64,000 nt of DNA from Octopus sinensis (GCF_006345805.1 NC_043004.1:32488001-32552000), one strand, 5' to 3'. Positions 25,316 to 38,142 are shown, counted from the stretch's first letter. Notes: generated by a model from the sequence alone, not told the origin. Program-made: numbers and translations.

Positions 25316-27008
25316 CATCTGTCTGTCTATCCTTTTCCCCTGCATTGAAATCCTCCGTGTCAATACGGATTAAACGATATCCATTTGTAATACTTGTTCA
25401 TTAAATTCGCTTCGTCTTTATCTTTCTGCCACCTTCCGTTTGAAGTTTGCTTTCAACTACCTCACCTAAAGCTATCGTTAATTATAGCAATGACAGCTGC
25501 TGCAGCGAGTCGAATGGTAAGTTAATAGATCTACAAACCAAGGTTACAGCGGTTCGCATCCCACCAGCGGTAAGTTTTACTATCAAAGGACACAAGACCT
25601 AACCAGCGGTTAGCGAAGAGTTACAGTGAGGAGAGGTAACGCTGTATGTGTGTGTTGGGGGAGTACTTTTTTTTTTAGAACTGATTTTTAAAACTTATTT
25701 TGTTCCTAAACTGATACTCATTCTATCGGTTTCTGGTTGCCGAACCGCGAATATTATGGGGATGTAAGCAAACCAACAATTGTTGTCAAATGGTGATGGA
25801 AGTACATAACAAACACAGAGATGCAAATACATACACACTCACACACACCACAGTTTCCGTTTGCCACTCACAGAGGGGACAAACAAGGACAGACAAACGG
25901 ATTAAGTTGATTATATCGACCCCAGTGCTCGGACCCCACAATCAATGCTGCTCTTCTAGTTGGCGGTGTTGTTTAATTTCAGATCAGTGAGATCGCCGAA
26001 CGGGGTAGACTAGCAAGGGCGTTAGAGGGTTGAGTAGAAATCCTTTATGATTTTTTGTGCCTGCACTCTGAGTTCAAGCCCTACCAAGGTCAATTTTGCT
26101 TTCATTGTGTCGGGTATTAATTAAAAAGTTTCTTTCTTTTTCTTTTTCTTACATTATTTGGTTTCTGACAGCAACACCAACGATGACAGGACGGTCAAAT
26201 ATGTATCGACCCGAGTTGGCGACTTTTCCCTTGGAAGAACATCTGAGGCATGGAGAAAGGGGACCTGCGTGTGTCGCGATGAAAAGAGATAGTTTGTTAC
26301 CAAACATTGCTGCGGTGTTGTTCGTTACTCTTTCGGCTGCGTGTTATATCACAACGAACAGACGCAAAACTAATTGAATATATTTATTGAAAAGGGGAAC
26401 AATTGAATATAAACTTTTAATGACTGCTGGTAGGGAATGTTGGCGATCAGAAACAAGCTTCAGTATGACAAATATACAAAGCAAATGGCTAGTAAGGCCC
26501 GAGAAGTCGGAAAGAGCTGGCTCGAATTTATGAAGAAGATTTCCCTTCATTTTTAGTTGGAGTCAGCGAAGGAAAACTTGTAATTTCTGCCATAATAGGC
26601 CGAGCTCTGGCTTGCTTGTGGCGAGAGGTGAGAATGAGGGTTCTCTAGTAGTAGTCTCAAAACTCTCTGCGGTTGTTCTTAGCGGGTTTTCACCTAAATG
26701 CTAACAAAAACGCGCAAGCTTCAAGGACATTTGGGCTGGCGTTCATAATATGGTTTGGATACCGCTGCAAACCGATTGGCTGATAATCAGAAGAATCCGT
26801 ACGACTTGAGCATGATGTACCCGAGTCTCGAACCTGGCACCTGATGATTTTAGGTTCGATTCTTGATCTCACTACACATGTAAGGACAACCACCAATCTT
26901 CCTAAAGAACTCTTGCTCTGGCCAGCGCAAATGTATGGAAATGCACGATCAACATCGACCACTGAGGAATAGACTTTTAGTCAAATCATTACAACCATGA
27001 CTCTCTCG

Positions 27009-27436
27009 CAGAGGCCGGATTAAGACCCATCGAAGCCATAAGCACTTAGAAGATTTTGGTGCCCCAATAAAAAATTTTGTAATTCAAAATATAAACAATA
27101 ACAAACCATAAAATATATTTTTATTTTTCAAAATGAAACAAAACAAAAGAGGGAAAATAATGTTTATTTTTGTATACTTCCACTTTATTTATATTTGAAA
27201 AGTTTCTTCTTACTTTTTTGAATTGCAAAGTCTTTGATCAGATCCTCAAAATTAATCTTAGGAAACACATTTGCATTTATGCTTAGTAGAGGTAAAGACA
27301 TCCCGAATATTATTTTAACAAGTTTAAAAGTGATTTCTTTTGTGCCGTAAACCATTTACCATTTCTGTGGTGCCCTCCTCCTTCCCTTGATGCCCTAAGT
27401 ACGTGCTTATTTTGCTTAATGGTTATTCCAGCGCTG
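27009..27436 (-). mobile_element. hAT deletion derivative retaining the dimerisation-domain tail
   Basis: TIR-like CAGAGGCCGGATTAA and rc CAGCGCTGGAATAA; TSD-like CTCTCTCG/TCCTCTCG; minus strand 27189-27300 encodes LLSINANVFPKINFEDLIKDFAIQKSKKKLF (hAT C-terminal motif). Confidence 0.75.
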
Positions 27437-27931
27437 TCCTCTCGTCTTATCCGCAACCCGGACATATTATATATAGAATTCACTTAACCAATGTGCTTTC
27501 TAATTTTTTTTTTAAGATATGGGACGTGATTTGAGGGAAATTTCTCAATTATTTCTCGCAAATCGGTCGAACAGGTGGTGACTCTGACGTTAACAGTGAT
27601 GGTGTTGCTGACGATGTATTTTTACAAAATGAACAAAATACGATGGTTAACAGCAGGATGCAGACGAGCTGGATACAGAAGGAGAGAGAGATGGCGACAC
27701 ATCTGAGACTTAAAGTGACTGAACTACTTGAAGAAAGTTCACTTTAAATTGAGTAATATGAATATATTGTTCAATGAAATACACAATTGTATGGAGGTTT
27801 CATAGCAGTTAATTATGCCCTGTTGTGTTGCAGATGACTTGTGGAGCCTCAAGTCAGCGACCTAGATTTTTATCTGGCTGTGCTATTAAGACAAATATAT
27901 AAACATCTTCATTACCACTCTATTCATTACG

Positions 27932-27983
<52 letters not shown>

Positions 27984-28099
27984 TTAAGAGATTTGAAAGC
28001 CGTAGGTGTACAATTTTGAAGCTGTCAGAATCTCTGCAGCTTCAGGCTAGGAAATACTCTTTACGATCAGGTTTCAAATACTAGTCGGATTCACTTTAG

Positions 28100-28830
28100 T
28101 CTTACATCCTTTCGGGGGTCAATAAACCTAAAACAAATCAAGTACCAGGAACGATGACATTGACTAGACCCCCTCCCCTCGAAACAGTGACTTCCTGTCT
28201 AAATCAGGAACAGTTATTTGGCGGTTGATTGGCAGAATCGATTGAGCGTCGGACAAAATAGCTAGCGATATTTCTTCGGGCTTTTTACGTTCTGAGTTCA
28301 AATCCCGCCAAAGTAAACTACCGTTCACATGCCTGGACTCATTAAACTCAATTATCAATCTAAGTCCTGGGTTCAGCTTACCCCTCCTCTCAAAATTGCT
28401 GTCCCCTGTCCAGATTTGAAACCATTATTATTTCTTCCAATATTATGGTGGTGAGCTGGCAGAATCGTTAGTACACCGGAAAAAATGCTTAGCGGAATTT
28501 CGTCCGTTTTCATGTTCTGAGTTCAAATTCTGCCGAGGTCGACTTTACCTGTCATCCTTTCAGGGTCGATAAATTAAGTACCAGTTGTGTATTGGGTCGA
28601 TCTAACCAACTGACTCCCTCCCCCAAAATGTTAGGCCTTGTGCCTAGAGTAGAAAGGATTATTATTATTATTGTTATTGAGTTCAAATTTTGCCTGGTTC
28701 GACTTTACCTTTCATCCCTCCAGGGTCGATAAATAAAGTACCAGTTGCATATTTTAGTTAATGTATTCGACTAACCTCTTTCCCCAAAATTTCAGGCCTT
28801 GTGCCTATTGTAGAAAGGATTATTATTATT
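28100..28830. mobile_element. Cluster of older family A SINEs with an alternative tail (..GGCCTTGTGCCT..GTAGAAAGG(ATT)n)
   Basis: Repeated GAGTTCAAAT..GTCGACTTT..GGGGTCGATAAA bodies in both orientations. Confidence 0.7.
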
Positions 28831-28932
28831 GTTATATTTCTGAACAGTCATTTTGTTTTTGCCAAATAGACATACGCACTGTATATTCGTTCTTCACTCG
28901 TTTATTATTGTTCTTATGTTATCTTATGTCCA

Positions 28933-29189
28933 TTTGAACGTGCAATTGACTGAGTACTCCACAGACGTATGTATCCTTAATGTAGTTCTCGGGGAGATTC
29001 ATCACGACACAGAATGCGACAAGGCTGGCTCTTTTAAATTACAGGTTCAACTCATTTTTGGCAGCTGAGTGGATCAGAGTAACGTGAAAATAAAGTATCT
29101 TGCTCAAGGACACAACGCATCGCCGGGAATTGAACTCATGACCTTACGATCGAGAGCCGAACACCCTAACCACTAAGCCACGCGCCTTC
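28933..29189 (-). mobile_element. tRNA-derived SINE, head D plus tail type 2
   Basis: Head similar to 59424/57592 copies; tail similar to 55267-55450. Confidence 0.65.
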
Positions 29190-29765
29190 CCGGGTTACTG
29201 TATTATAATAGTCACCTTTCTCTTTACTCCTCCATTACCCCCAAAAGGCAAATTGTTTTGAAATCCACCATCTCCTTGTCAATGTTTTGCATTTCCTTTA
29301 CCCAAAGGTTGGCCAGAATCGACAATGTGAAATTATTTACACCAAATCTGAACGGCATGAAACTGACTTGCAGCATGATATAAAACTTAATCTGACGCCG
29401 AAGACTAGAGACCAAGAAACAGGAGCAACCAAATAGAGAGCCTCCTTCAGATTCATACTCCTGTCATCCATTTACGTTTTCATAATGCCAGCCACTGGCC
29501 ACCCTGAGTCATTTCCTTTAACTCACTTCCGTTTAAATTATCCAAATTACCTCGGTCATGAATGTATTCAAGTCCTTTTTGTATCAGTCTGAGTCCCTTG
29601 GCTACTGGAGATATGGTTGCGCAATTGACGTGATAATGGCGGGTATTGAACCAGAGATACGTGTCCATGACTGTCCTCTTATCTCCAGACAATAAGCCTG
29701 TCTCCTTTTCCTTTGTCAGCTTTGGAGAACACTGGTTTCTCGAGATTATCTCCCCTTCTTATATA

Positions 29766-29997
29766 TATTTCTTTATTGCCCACAAAGGGCTAAACACAGA
29801 GGGGACAAACAAGGACAGACAAAGGGATTAAGTCGATTACATCGACCCCAGTGCGAAACTGGTACTTTATTTATCGACCCCGAAAGGATGAAAGGCAAAG
29901 TCGACCTCGGCGGAATTTGAACTCAGAACGTAACGGCAGACGAAATACTGCTAAGCATTTCACCCGGCGTGCTAACGTTTCTGCCAGCTCGCCGCCT
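29766..29997 (-). mobile_element. Full-length SINE family A monomer with TSD
   Basis: 17-bp TSD TCTCCCCTTCTTATATA at 29749-29765 and 29998-30014. Confidence 0.88.
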
Positions 29998-31269
29998 TCT
30001 CCCCTTCTTATATAGAGCTAGTTTCAATTACAATTTGGTAAGTATGATACATCTTCACGAGGCGGAGATAATTTTGATAAAAAAAAAATTTGTATTGTAT
30101 AGTATTCGATATACCTGTATTTGTCTATGTTCTTCAAACACATGCCATTGGCCTCTTTGAGTCGTTTCCCTTGTTTAAATTATGATATTATAGAGGCGAT
30201 AGATGTTACTGTTATTTCTGAAGGAGGTAGCGTTGGAATGCCTAAAAAACAATTGCAGGATCTGCAAGGTCAATTTGATTGATATTCTGTTGGCCAAATC
30301 GAAATACGTTGATAAAAGTCTAAAAACTGAAAAATTTCACTTTGACTAGAAAAAGAGAAAGAAAGCGAAATATATATTTATTTATTTTAATGAAAACCAG
30401 TCATGTGATGAGAGCGAGACAAAGGATTCCAAGAGAATCACAGAGTCATTATTTTGGACATCTGTTTCTGTCATTGTCGATTCCATCATTGTTGGACTAA
30501 CCGAGATTTCAAGCTGCAAACAACATTCCTGGTGTTTCCATTCCTCTGGTAATACGTGTCTATATCGAGAAATCTTTTAAGCACAGAATTCCTGTCATTT
30601 GCAGACATTTACAACATTGATGTTAATGGCAAAAAAGAAAGAAAGAAAGAAAAATGAAAGCAAAAAAACCAACTTTTAAAATTAATTAATCGAAATGAAG
30701 ACTATTGTACACCGTGGCTACTTTAAGGGTCTCTGACTCAAACCCATGGGTTTACCCATCAAAATTTACAAATACATTGGAAATGACCGTTCTAAACGCA
30801 TGAGCCTTATCGCTTCGAATTTTCCTCCCGATACCTGCAACAGTGGTTTCTGTAGAATGTTTATTTTAGTAAGCTTAAAATGATAAGCAAAAAAAAAACT
30901 ATCTCAGAAAAAACATGTCACATGATCTTTTTTGTGGCGGGCTTAGCTTGGCTCAGCGTTGAATCGACCGAAATATTGATTTTCAGAGACACCATTAAAA
31001 ACTTTACATGCGGAAAAAAGGAGATATGTAAAGCACTTTTGAAAAAAATGAAGACTGTGGTGGTCATTCTGTGATCTTTGGTTATAAGTAATAATAATTA
31101 CGACGGTTTTGGTCTTAATTATTGCTTGGGGGAGGGGGTGTAAAACAGCCTCGTCTTAAATATAAAGCTTTCTCTCCATGGTTCTGACGCAGAGTCGTAT
31201 TTCTTACAACACACACATACACGCGCTCACGCGCGAACACACACGCGCTTACCTATGCAAATATTTAAT

Positions 31270-31382
31270 CATACATATAGCGTGTGCATACATGCATGTA
31301 TGCTTGTATGTATGTATGTATGTATGTATGTATGTATGTATATATGTATGTATATATGTATGTATGTATATATGTATGTATG

Positions 31383-31416
<34 letters not shown>

Positions 31417-31669
31417 TGTATGTATGTATGTATGTATGTATGTATGCATGTTTACTTATATATGTATGTATGATATGCATATACGTACGCGTGAATGTAT
31501 GTGTGCGTATGTATGTATGCATGTATGTATGCGTGCATATATATGTATGTATGTACATGTGCGTATGTATGTATTTGTAAGTATGTATTTGTCTGTATGT
31601 ATGTATGTGTATGTGTGCGTATGTATGTGTATGTGTACGTATGTATGTGTGTATGCATGTATGTGAGCG

Positions 31670-31701
<32 letters not shown>

Positions 31702-31990
31702 TGTATGTATGTATGTATGTGCGCACGTACGAATATTTATGTACGCACGTACATATGTATGTGTGCATGTATCTGCGAGTATATGAATATACGTGTGCAT
31801 ACATGCGTGCATACATGCACGCATGCATGTATTCTTGTACATGTGCATGCATATAAATGTGGAAGCATTTATGTGTGTGTGTATGCATGCCTGCACATGT
31901 ATGTATATACGTACTTATGTATTTGTGTGCATGTATGTATATTTGCGTGTATGTATATACGTACGAATGTATGTATTTATGTATGTTTGC
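31270..31990. repeat. (TATG)n/(TG)n degenerate microsatellite
   Basis: Direct inspection. Confidence 0.95.
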
Positions 31991-32329
31991 GTATATTCTT
32001 TTATTCTTTTACTCGTTTCAGCCATGCGGTTGTGGTCATGCTGGAGCACGCAACGTACATAGCGTAGAAACTATTGCACTAATTTCAATGCAGTTGCATT
32101 TACCTGTTTTCAACCCCCCCCCCCCATTGTTTAATACTTTGGGAAAAGCATGAAAGTCACAACATCTCTTCCGCACTCTTCGAACTCGGTAGCATTCTTC
32201 CAATAATTACAACTCAACCAATTAACTCCCAAAATTTATAAATAAATAAATAAATAAATAAATAAAAATTAACTGTTGCTATTCAAATATGTTCTAACTA
32301 TTCTTCCATAGATTCGCATTTAGCGAAAT

Positions 32330-32650
32330 TGACTCACGTTTGCAACAGTTGCTTCTGCCTCCACCCAGGAGGGAATCCCTACTTACGTAGCTATGACGTC
32401 AATGATGGACACCGGTGTATATCCATGTGTGTGCCTGTGTTTACATCGTACAGCCTTTTCACGTGTGTCCTTTATGTGTACGTGCCAGAGAAAGAGAGGG
32501 AGACATTCACGTGTGGTTATATGTGAACAATCTGCTTACGTGTGCTTCAGCGACTGTATGTAGAATGTGTACGTTGAAGCTGGAATTATTGTGGTGTTGT
32601 AGCCTGAGTAACAATAGGAACACATCTCCACACCGCTGCACACACGTGAA
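32330..32650. promoter_or_regulatory. Candidate enhancer/promoter: bZIP, bHLH, NF-kB and Fox motif cluster upstream of the kelch gene
   Basis: TGACTCA 32330, GGGAATCCC 32371, TTACGTAG 32383, TGACGTCA 32394, TGTTTAC 32438, CACGTG 32460/32508/32643, TACGTG 32479/32537; TATAAAG at 32803, ATGCAAAT at 33032. Confidence 0.45.
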
Positions 32651-33892
32651 CAGGCCCGGCTGTTAAATATGGCTGCCGAAGCTGCATTCAGGAAGGCGTG
32701 CACACAATTTTCTCGCTTTAATTCATCTTGGATTACAATTGCAGCAAATAAGAATACAGTGGTTGGTAGTGGTATGTACAATATCATCACAGACATCGTT
32801 GTTATAAAGCAGGCGCCGCTAAAACTGTCGCAACTACTATGATATTAACGAACGGAGGCTGTTCACAACATTTCTGCTTCTTGTCAGGGCTGCAAATTTG
32901 ATTCCCGGTCGGTCATACTCTGCAGCCCGCTGTCTTTAATTTGAATTGCTTTTGTGATAGAAAGATACTTGTGCATTGGCTGTACCCGAACCTGAAGCCT
33001 GTGGAATAATAATCGAGGCGGCATCCGCTTCATGCAAATAATTCCTGTATTTGTTGCCTGTACCGAAGCATACAACCAACAGCGACTACTATAGGTGCAA
33101 TAGCTACGGCACGCACTTCACTCTCTCTCCCTGCAATCTTTGAATAGGGGTCACACTAAACTCCCTGGAAATTTGCTTCGAAGGAAAAAACAACACAAAA
33201 CGAAAAACCAAATTGCATATTTCTTATTATTTGTTTGAATTATTGAAACCATCAAGTTTATTAAACCTTTATGAACTGTTCGTCACCTTCAGCTACGGAA
33301 AAATGAATATTCTGTATATCGGGGCCAAATGAAATTATTTTTCTCTACATTTATCTTTTTCTTTTAGCGGAAAACAGCATAAACGTTGTTAAATTTCATA
33401 TTTATATCGAAAGCTTTTACAATTAATCTTTAATTAAATGACAGCTGAAATACGCACCTACGTTGATAATATATATGCATAAGTGATGTATTGAGGAGTT
33501 ATACCCTCCAGAAAATACTCTACTTCAGTAATATATATATCTGCAAGTGAATTGGACCCAAATTTAAGGGCGGAGTAAATCGTCCACTTAGCTGAAAGGA
33601 TCGAAAATAACCTGCGGGTGAAAATAAATATACAACAAAGCCGCCGCTGCTATCACACACATACACACATACAAAAATAACAAAAGCAATATTTAAAAGA
33701 AGTGAAAACTTTAAAGAAGAGTGGGGAAAAAAATTTGGATAATTTTAATTTCTTTATATTGTTGTTTTGCAAAGACTGAAGTGCGAATCCCCTTTTTTTT
33801 TTTTTCTTGGTGTGTGTAGAGCATCGAGTATATCTTGGAATTATAGACGTGACCTTTTCTGGTGGTTGTGTCATTCCTGGCAGAAATTACAG

Positions 33893-34547
33893 GTTAGTAA
33901 CGTGATTGCAACTTGTTAGTTTGTCATTACTGTCCCCCCCCCACTATATATATATATCTATATATATATATATATATATCAATATTATATATTTCCGTGT
34001 CAATTCCTGTTTTTGCCTCCAGCCATCCAAGAAGCTGTTAATTTACGGGTACAATTCGTTCCTTCCTCGAACGCAAAATCTCAACAATCCCCTCAAGTCA
34101 CCGTCTTAATCTCTGATTGACTTTTTCTCCCTTTCGAACTCAACTCTTCTTTTTTTTTTTATCTGGTTTCCATAATTGTTAAAAAAAAAAAAGACATCTA
34201 AAGAAAACGACCACTTACTTATCTTCATTTCCTTACCAAACATGTAAACTTTTGACTTTAAATTCAATTTACATTTTATTTTATCAACTTTAAACTCAGT
34301 GAATTTTCATTTTGTTTAACTTCGAAACCAATTTCAACTTGATGGCGATCGACACCTGACTTCATTTGAAATATGAAAGATATTTCCTTTCTCTAATTTT
34401 ATTAAATGTAAACCAACAAGTTATATTAAAAAAAGAAAGAAAGGAAGATAAAACAACTTTTGTAGCCATTTCCATTTACTGTTTATTTAAAATCATAAAA
34501 CTATGAACTGAAAAGGCTGATTGGAGACCATCCACACGTGTTTTCAG
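33893..34547 (+). other. Candidate 5'-UTR intron of the kelch gene
   Basis: Donor CAG|GTTAGT at 33892/33893, pyrimidine-rich intron, acceptor GTGTTTTCAG|G at 34547/34548; alternative acceptors near 34613 and 34668; GC box GGGCGGAG at 33568. Confidence 0.45.
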
Positions 34548-34703
34548 GAAGTAGCAACTTGTTACCTCCGCTGTATGAAGTTCCAGTCACTGCAAAGTAC
34601 CGCTGCTCTTACAGGCGCACCTTTTTGCTCTTTTAACTATTTCAATGCTGTGACAATTGTTTTAACAGCTTTGTTGTGATAATTAACTTTTCAAAGACTA
34701 CTG

Positions 34704-36473
34704 ATGTTCCAACTCATGTACAGAGCCATGAGTACAATGAATAGCCCAGACTTATCTTCAGATCAACAGTACCTGCTTCAAAACCCTAATTATACATTGG
34801 ATCTTGTTAAAAGACTTGATTCGTTGCGTATTGAAGCGACGTTTACCGATGCCATTCTGTGCGTGCAACACGAAGAATTTCCTTGCCACCGAAATGTGCT
34901 GGCTGTTAGCAGTCCTTATTTTAAAGCTATGTTTACCAGTGACTTACGAGAAAGCCGTGAATCTAGGATCTGCATTAGTGAAGTGTCTCCTTGGACTTTA
35001 AAACGTGTCATTGAATATGCCTATAGTGGACGGATTGCTATCAACGCCGAAAATGCCCTTCAGCTCTTAGCAGCAGGCAGTCTGTTTGAATATCCCGACA
35101 TAGTTAGTGCTTGTTGTGAGTTTCTTCGCCGTCAGCTTGACCACAATAATTGTCTGGGTATTGAGCAATATGCTCAGGTTCACTCATGTCATGATCTGCA
35201 GAACGATGCGCATAAGTTTGCACTGGAAAACTTTAGCATGGTTGTCAAGAGTGATGAATTTTTGGACTTGTCAATAGATCGATTACTGACTTACACGTCT
35301 AGTGACTTGATTGATGTACGCAAAGAAGAGGTGGTTTATGATGCTGTGATGCGTTGGGTAAAGTATGACCTTGATGAGAGAAAACAACATCTTACATGCC
35401 TTCTACAACAAGTTCGTCTTCCAATTGTGGATCTCGGCTACCTGCAAGAAATTGAAAGTGACCCGGTAATTTCTAATCAAAGCGATTGCCTGAATATGGT
35501 TCGTGAGGCTCAAATTCAACATGAGTCTGTCTCGAATCAACAAGGTAAGCGTCGTCGTAGCATGCAAAACAATAATGTTCACCCAAGACCATCTACTGTT
35601 GCCAAAGAGGTTTTGGTGGTTGTTGGTGGATTGAACAGTTATATAACTCAGTCTGTGGAAATGTATGATGTTCAGAAAGATCGTTGGACTAGTCTCCCTG
35701 ATATTCCTCAATCTCTTTCTCAGTATAGTGTTGCTATGTTAACCACTGGACTCATTGTAACTGGAGGAATACACGATGGTCATATCGTGGACAATGTGTG
35801 GCATTTTGATTGTATTAAATTAGAGTGGAAGAGTGTGAAAGCAATGCCCCAACCTCGTGCACGTCATGCTTCTACTTCCGTGAACAATTGTGTCTATGTG
35901 ATTGGTGGTGTTGGCTATGGAGAAGAACATGATATAAAAGACTTAAAGCCTATTGAACGTTATGATGCTATTTCCAATACTTGGGAGGAAGTTGGTCAAA
36001 GCCGCTTTCCAAGGACATTGGCCAGAATAGTACCATATGAAGACATTATTCTAGAGGTTGGTGGCCTGCAAGGTGGCCAGTGTGTGAATACAATAGAAAC
36101 CTATGTTTGTAATGGTGCTTCACTTAATCCTAGCGGAGAGCAATATGTGCTGCCAAATTCTATACGATATGCTCAGATTTTAGTGCTAGACAACGTATTT
36201 TATATTATATGGGAAGATAGCCGCAAAGTGCTCACCCTTGACCCTGAGAAACGAACATTCCGTAACTTACCTGATGTCCCACATGTTCATGTTAACAGTG
36301 GTGCTAGTATATTAAGAGGTAAAATTTACATTGCTGGTGGTTTACATGATGTAGAGAATTCGGTGCCATCACAGTGTGTGGAATGTTACGATCCTTCGAC
36401 AAATGAATGGACCGAAGAGACGAGCATGAGCCAAGCGAGGTCGTCACATGCCTGTCTAACAGTTCACATATGA
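34704..36473 (+). CDS. BTB-BACK-Kelch protein, KLHL21/KLHL24-like Cullin-3 substrate adaptor; intronless CDS, 589 aa
   Basis: BTB (FTDAILCV..FPCHRNVLAVSSPYFKAMFTS), BACK (NCLGI..A..HSC, EEVVYDAVMRWV..D..R), PRPST linker, six kelch blades (VVGG, VTGG, VIGG, EVGG, degenerate, IAGG..YDP..NEW); no stops. True start may be M9 (GCCATG, 34728). Confidence 0.95.
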   Translation: MFQLMYRAMSTMNSPDLSSDQQYLLQNPNYTLDLVKRLDSLRIEATFTDAILCVQHEEFPCHRNVLAVSSPYFKAMFTSDLRESRESRICISEVSPWTLKRVIEYAYSGRIAINAENALQLLAAGSLFEYPDIVSACCEFLRRQLDHNNCLGIEQYAQVHSCHDLQNDAHKFALENFSMVVKSDEFLDLSIDRLLTYTSSDLIDVRKEEVVYDAVMRWVKYDLDERKQHLTCLLQQVRLPIVDLGYLQEIESDPVISNQSDCLNMVREAQIQHESVSNQQGKRRRSMQNNNVHPRPSTVAKEVLVVVGGLNSYITQSVEMYDVQKDRWTSLPDIPQSLSQYSVAMLTTGLIVTGGIHDGHIVDNVWHFDCIKLEWKSVKAMPQPRARHASTSVNNCVYVIGGVGYGEEHDIKDLKPIERYDAISNTWEEVGQSRFPRTLARIVPYEDIILEVGGLQGGQCVNTIETYVCNGASLNPSGEQYVLPNSIRYAQILVLDNVFYIIWEDSRKVLTLDPEKRTFRNLPDVPHVHVNSGASILRGKIYIAGGLHDVENSVPSQCVECYDPSTNEWTEETSMSQARSSHACLTVHI

Positions 36474-36489
36474 CTAAATTCATTCATTC

Positions 36490-37200
36490 TCGTTTTTACA
36501 ATCCCTATTTGACTAGGTCCCTCTTGTTCCTGCTTGACAATCCATTTGTGACCAATTCTCCATCCCTGCTTGACAGTCTCAATAGATCTTGTCCTAGGTT
36601 TGCAGACTCTCTGTAACTAGGCTACCACAGGACTAACTCTTCACCTGTGACTGGGTTTATTCTTCTTTGCTTCATACATGTATCCGGGTGTTCTCCTAGC
36701 TTAACAGACTAACCCACATCTAGATTTTCTTCCACTCCCCTTCGCTTGACAGTCCACATGTTAACTAGGTCCCTTCATCTAAACATCACACAGTTCACTT
36801 GTGACAAGGTCATTTCCTCTGTTGCTGGACACACCACATGTGACTAGGCCCCTTCATCATTGCTTGACAGTCCACAACTAATTAGATCCTTCCATGCTTG
36901 ACAGTCCACACATAACTAATTAGATCCTTCCATACTTGCTTGACAATCTGTGTGTGACTTAGATGTGCAGCACACTTTGCTTGCCAATCTACACATGTTG
37001 AAGTCTCCAAAGAAGCTCAGCCAACGTGCTATGTGTGCTTACATGACAGTCTCACATGCTAACATGTTACTCCGACCTATAGCATGGACTGACTTCTTGT
37101 GATTAGGTCTGCAACATGCCTGCTTTGACTGTGTTCATGGGACCATATCTGTGATATAATTGCAGTGACTGTCTTTGTTGGGGTCAGTCTTTGACATAGT
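36490..37200 (+). repeat. Degenerate ~35-nt tandem array in the putative 3' UTR
   Basis: GCTTGACA at 36532, 36568, 36744, 36862, 36896, 36938; ACTAGG at 36512, 36616, 36764, 36843; approximate consensus GCTTGACAGTCCACATGTGACTAGGTCCCTTCATC. Confidence 0.8.
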
Positions 37201-37378
37201 TGCATTTACTGTGTAAATTATCACACAGACACACAGACATATATGCTAAACATAATGTTTCTTTATTTATTCTCAATATGCTTATTTTATCAAATATTTT
37301 TTTGTTGTGCTCTGTTATATTTCTTCTTATAATTTATTTAATTTCAGTACCTGTTTGATTTCTGATTTTTAAACTCCA

Positions 37379-37418
<40 letters not shown>

Positions 37419-37614
37419 ATATATATATGTTTATATTTCTCTTATAATTTAATGTGAAACTTCTGTGACATTTTCCTTCAATAATTTTGAATTCTGAATG
37501 GTTTATTAAAACAGTCTGTATTCCTTTAAATTCTATTTAAAAGAAAAAAAATTCTATTCCTTTTTTGCCCAATATACATGCATAAAAAAATACATGTTTG
37601 TGTGTGTGTGTCTG

Positions 37615-37663
<49 letters not shown>

Positions 37664-37937
37664 TATATATAAATAATATATACACATGCACACTCTCACA
37701 CACACACACACATATATAAGTATACATAAATATGTGTGTATATATATGTATATATATATATGTGTGTGTGTGTGTGTATATATTCATGAACATACACACT
37801 CTTTTCATGGTCTCAGCAATTGTGCTGTGGCCTTACAAAATATAAATTGTATTAAATTTTACACTAAAAAATCAAAAAAGTGAAATTTGATTTGAATAAC
37901 AATTTTTTTTAATGTAACAATTTTTGAACTCACAGCG

Positions 37938-37943
37938 AATAAA
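37938..37943 (+). terminator. Candidate polyadenylation signal of the kelch transcript
   Basis: AATAAA followed by U- and GU-rich tracts (37951-38000); alternatives ATTAAA near 37505 and 37850. Confidence 0.35.
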
Positions 37944-38142
37944 GTTGGATGTTTTTTTTTTAAAAGGACAACATGTTGAATATTTAAGTGTTTTTTGTTG
38001 ATATTTCAGTTTTTAAAGTTTATCTTCTCAAGAAAGAAGTGATTAATATTCTGCAAGAAATTTTGGTTGTTTGCCAAAGATAGGGCCTATTTTTAGAGCT
38101 AATCGACCTATGGAATTTGAGTTGTCCTGGTTTTGTCTAACA

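Noticed and set aside
27575-27750. Stop-free stretch GDSDVNSDGVADDVFLQNEQ..
   Set aside because: Weak acceptor, no donor, no homology recognised.
29480-29692. IQKGLEYIHDRG resembling kinase subdomain VIa
   Set aside because: No HRD/DFG or other kinase exons anywhere in the window; likely chance.
36407-36616. Alternative-frame ORF overlapping the kelch stop and entering the 3' array
   Set aside because: Short; the array does not keep any frame open.
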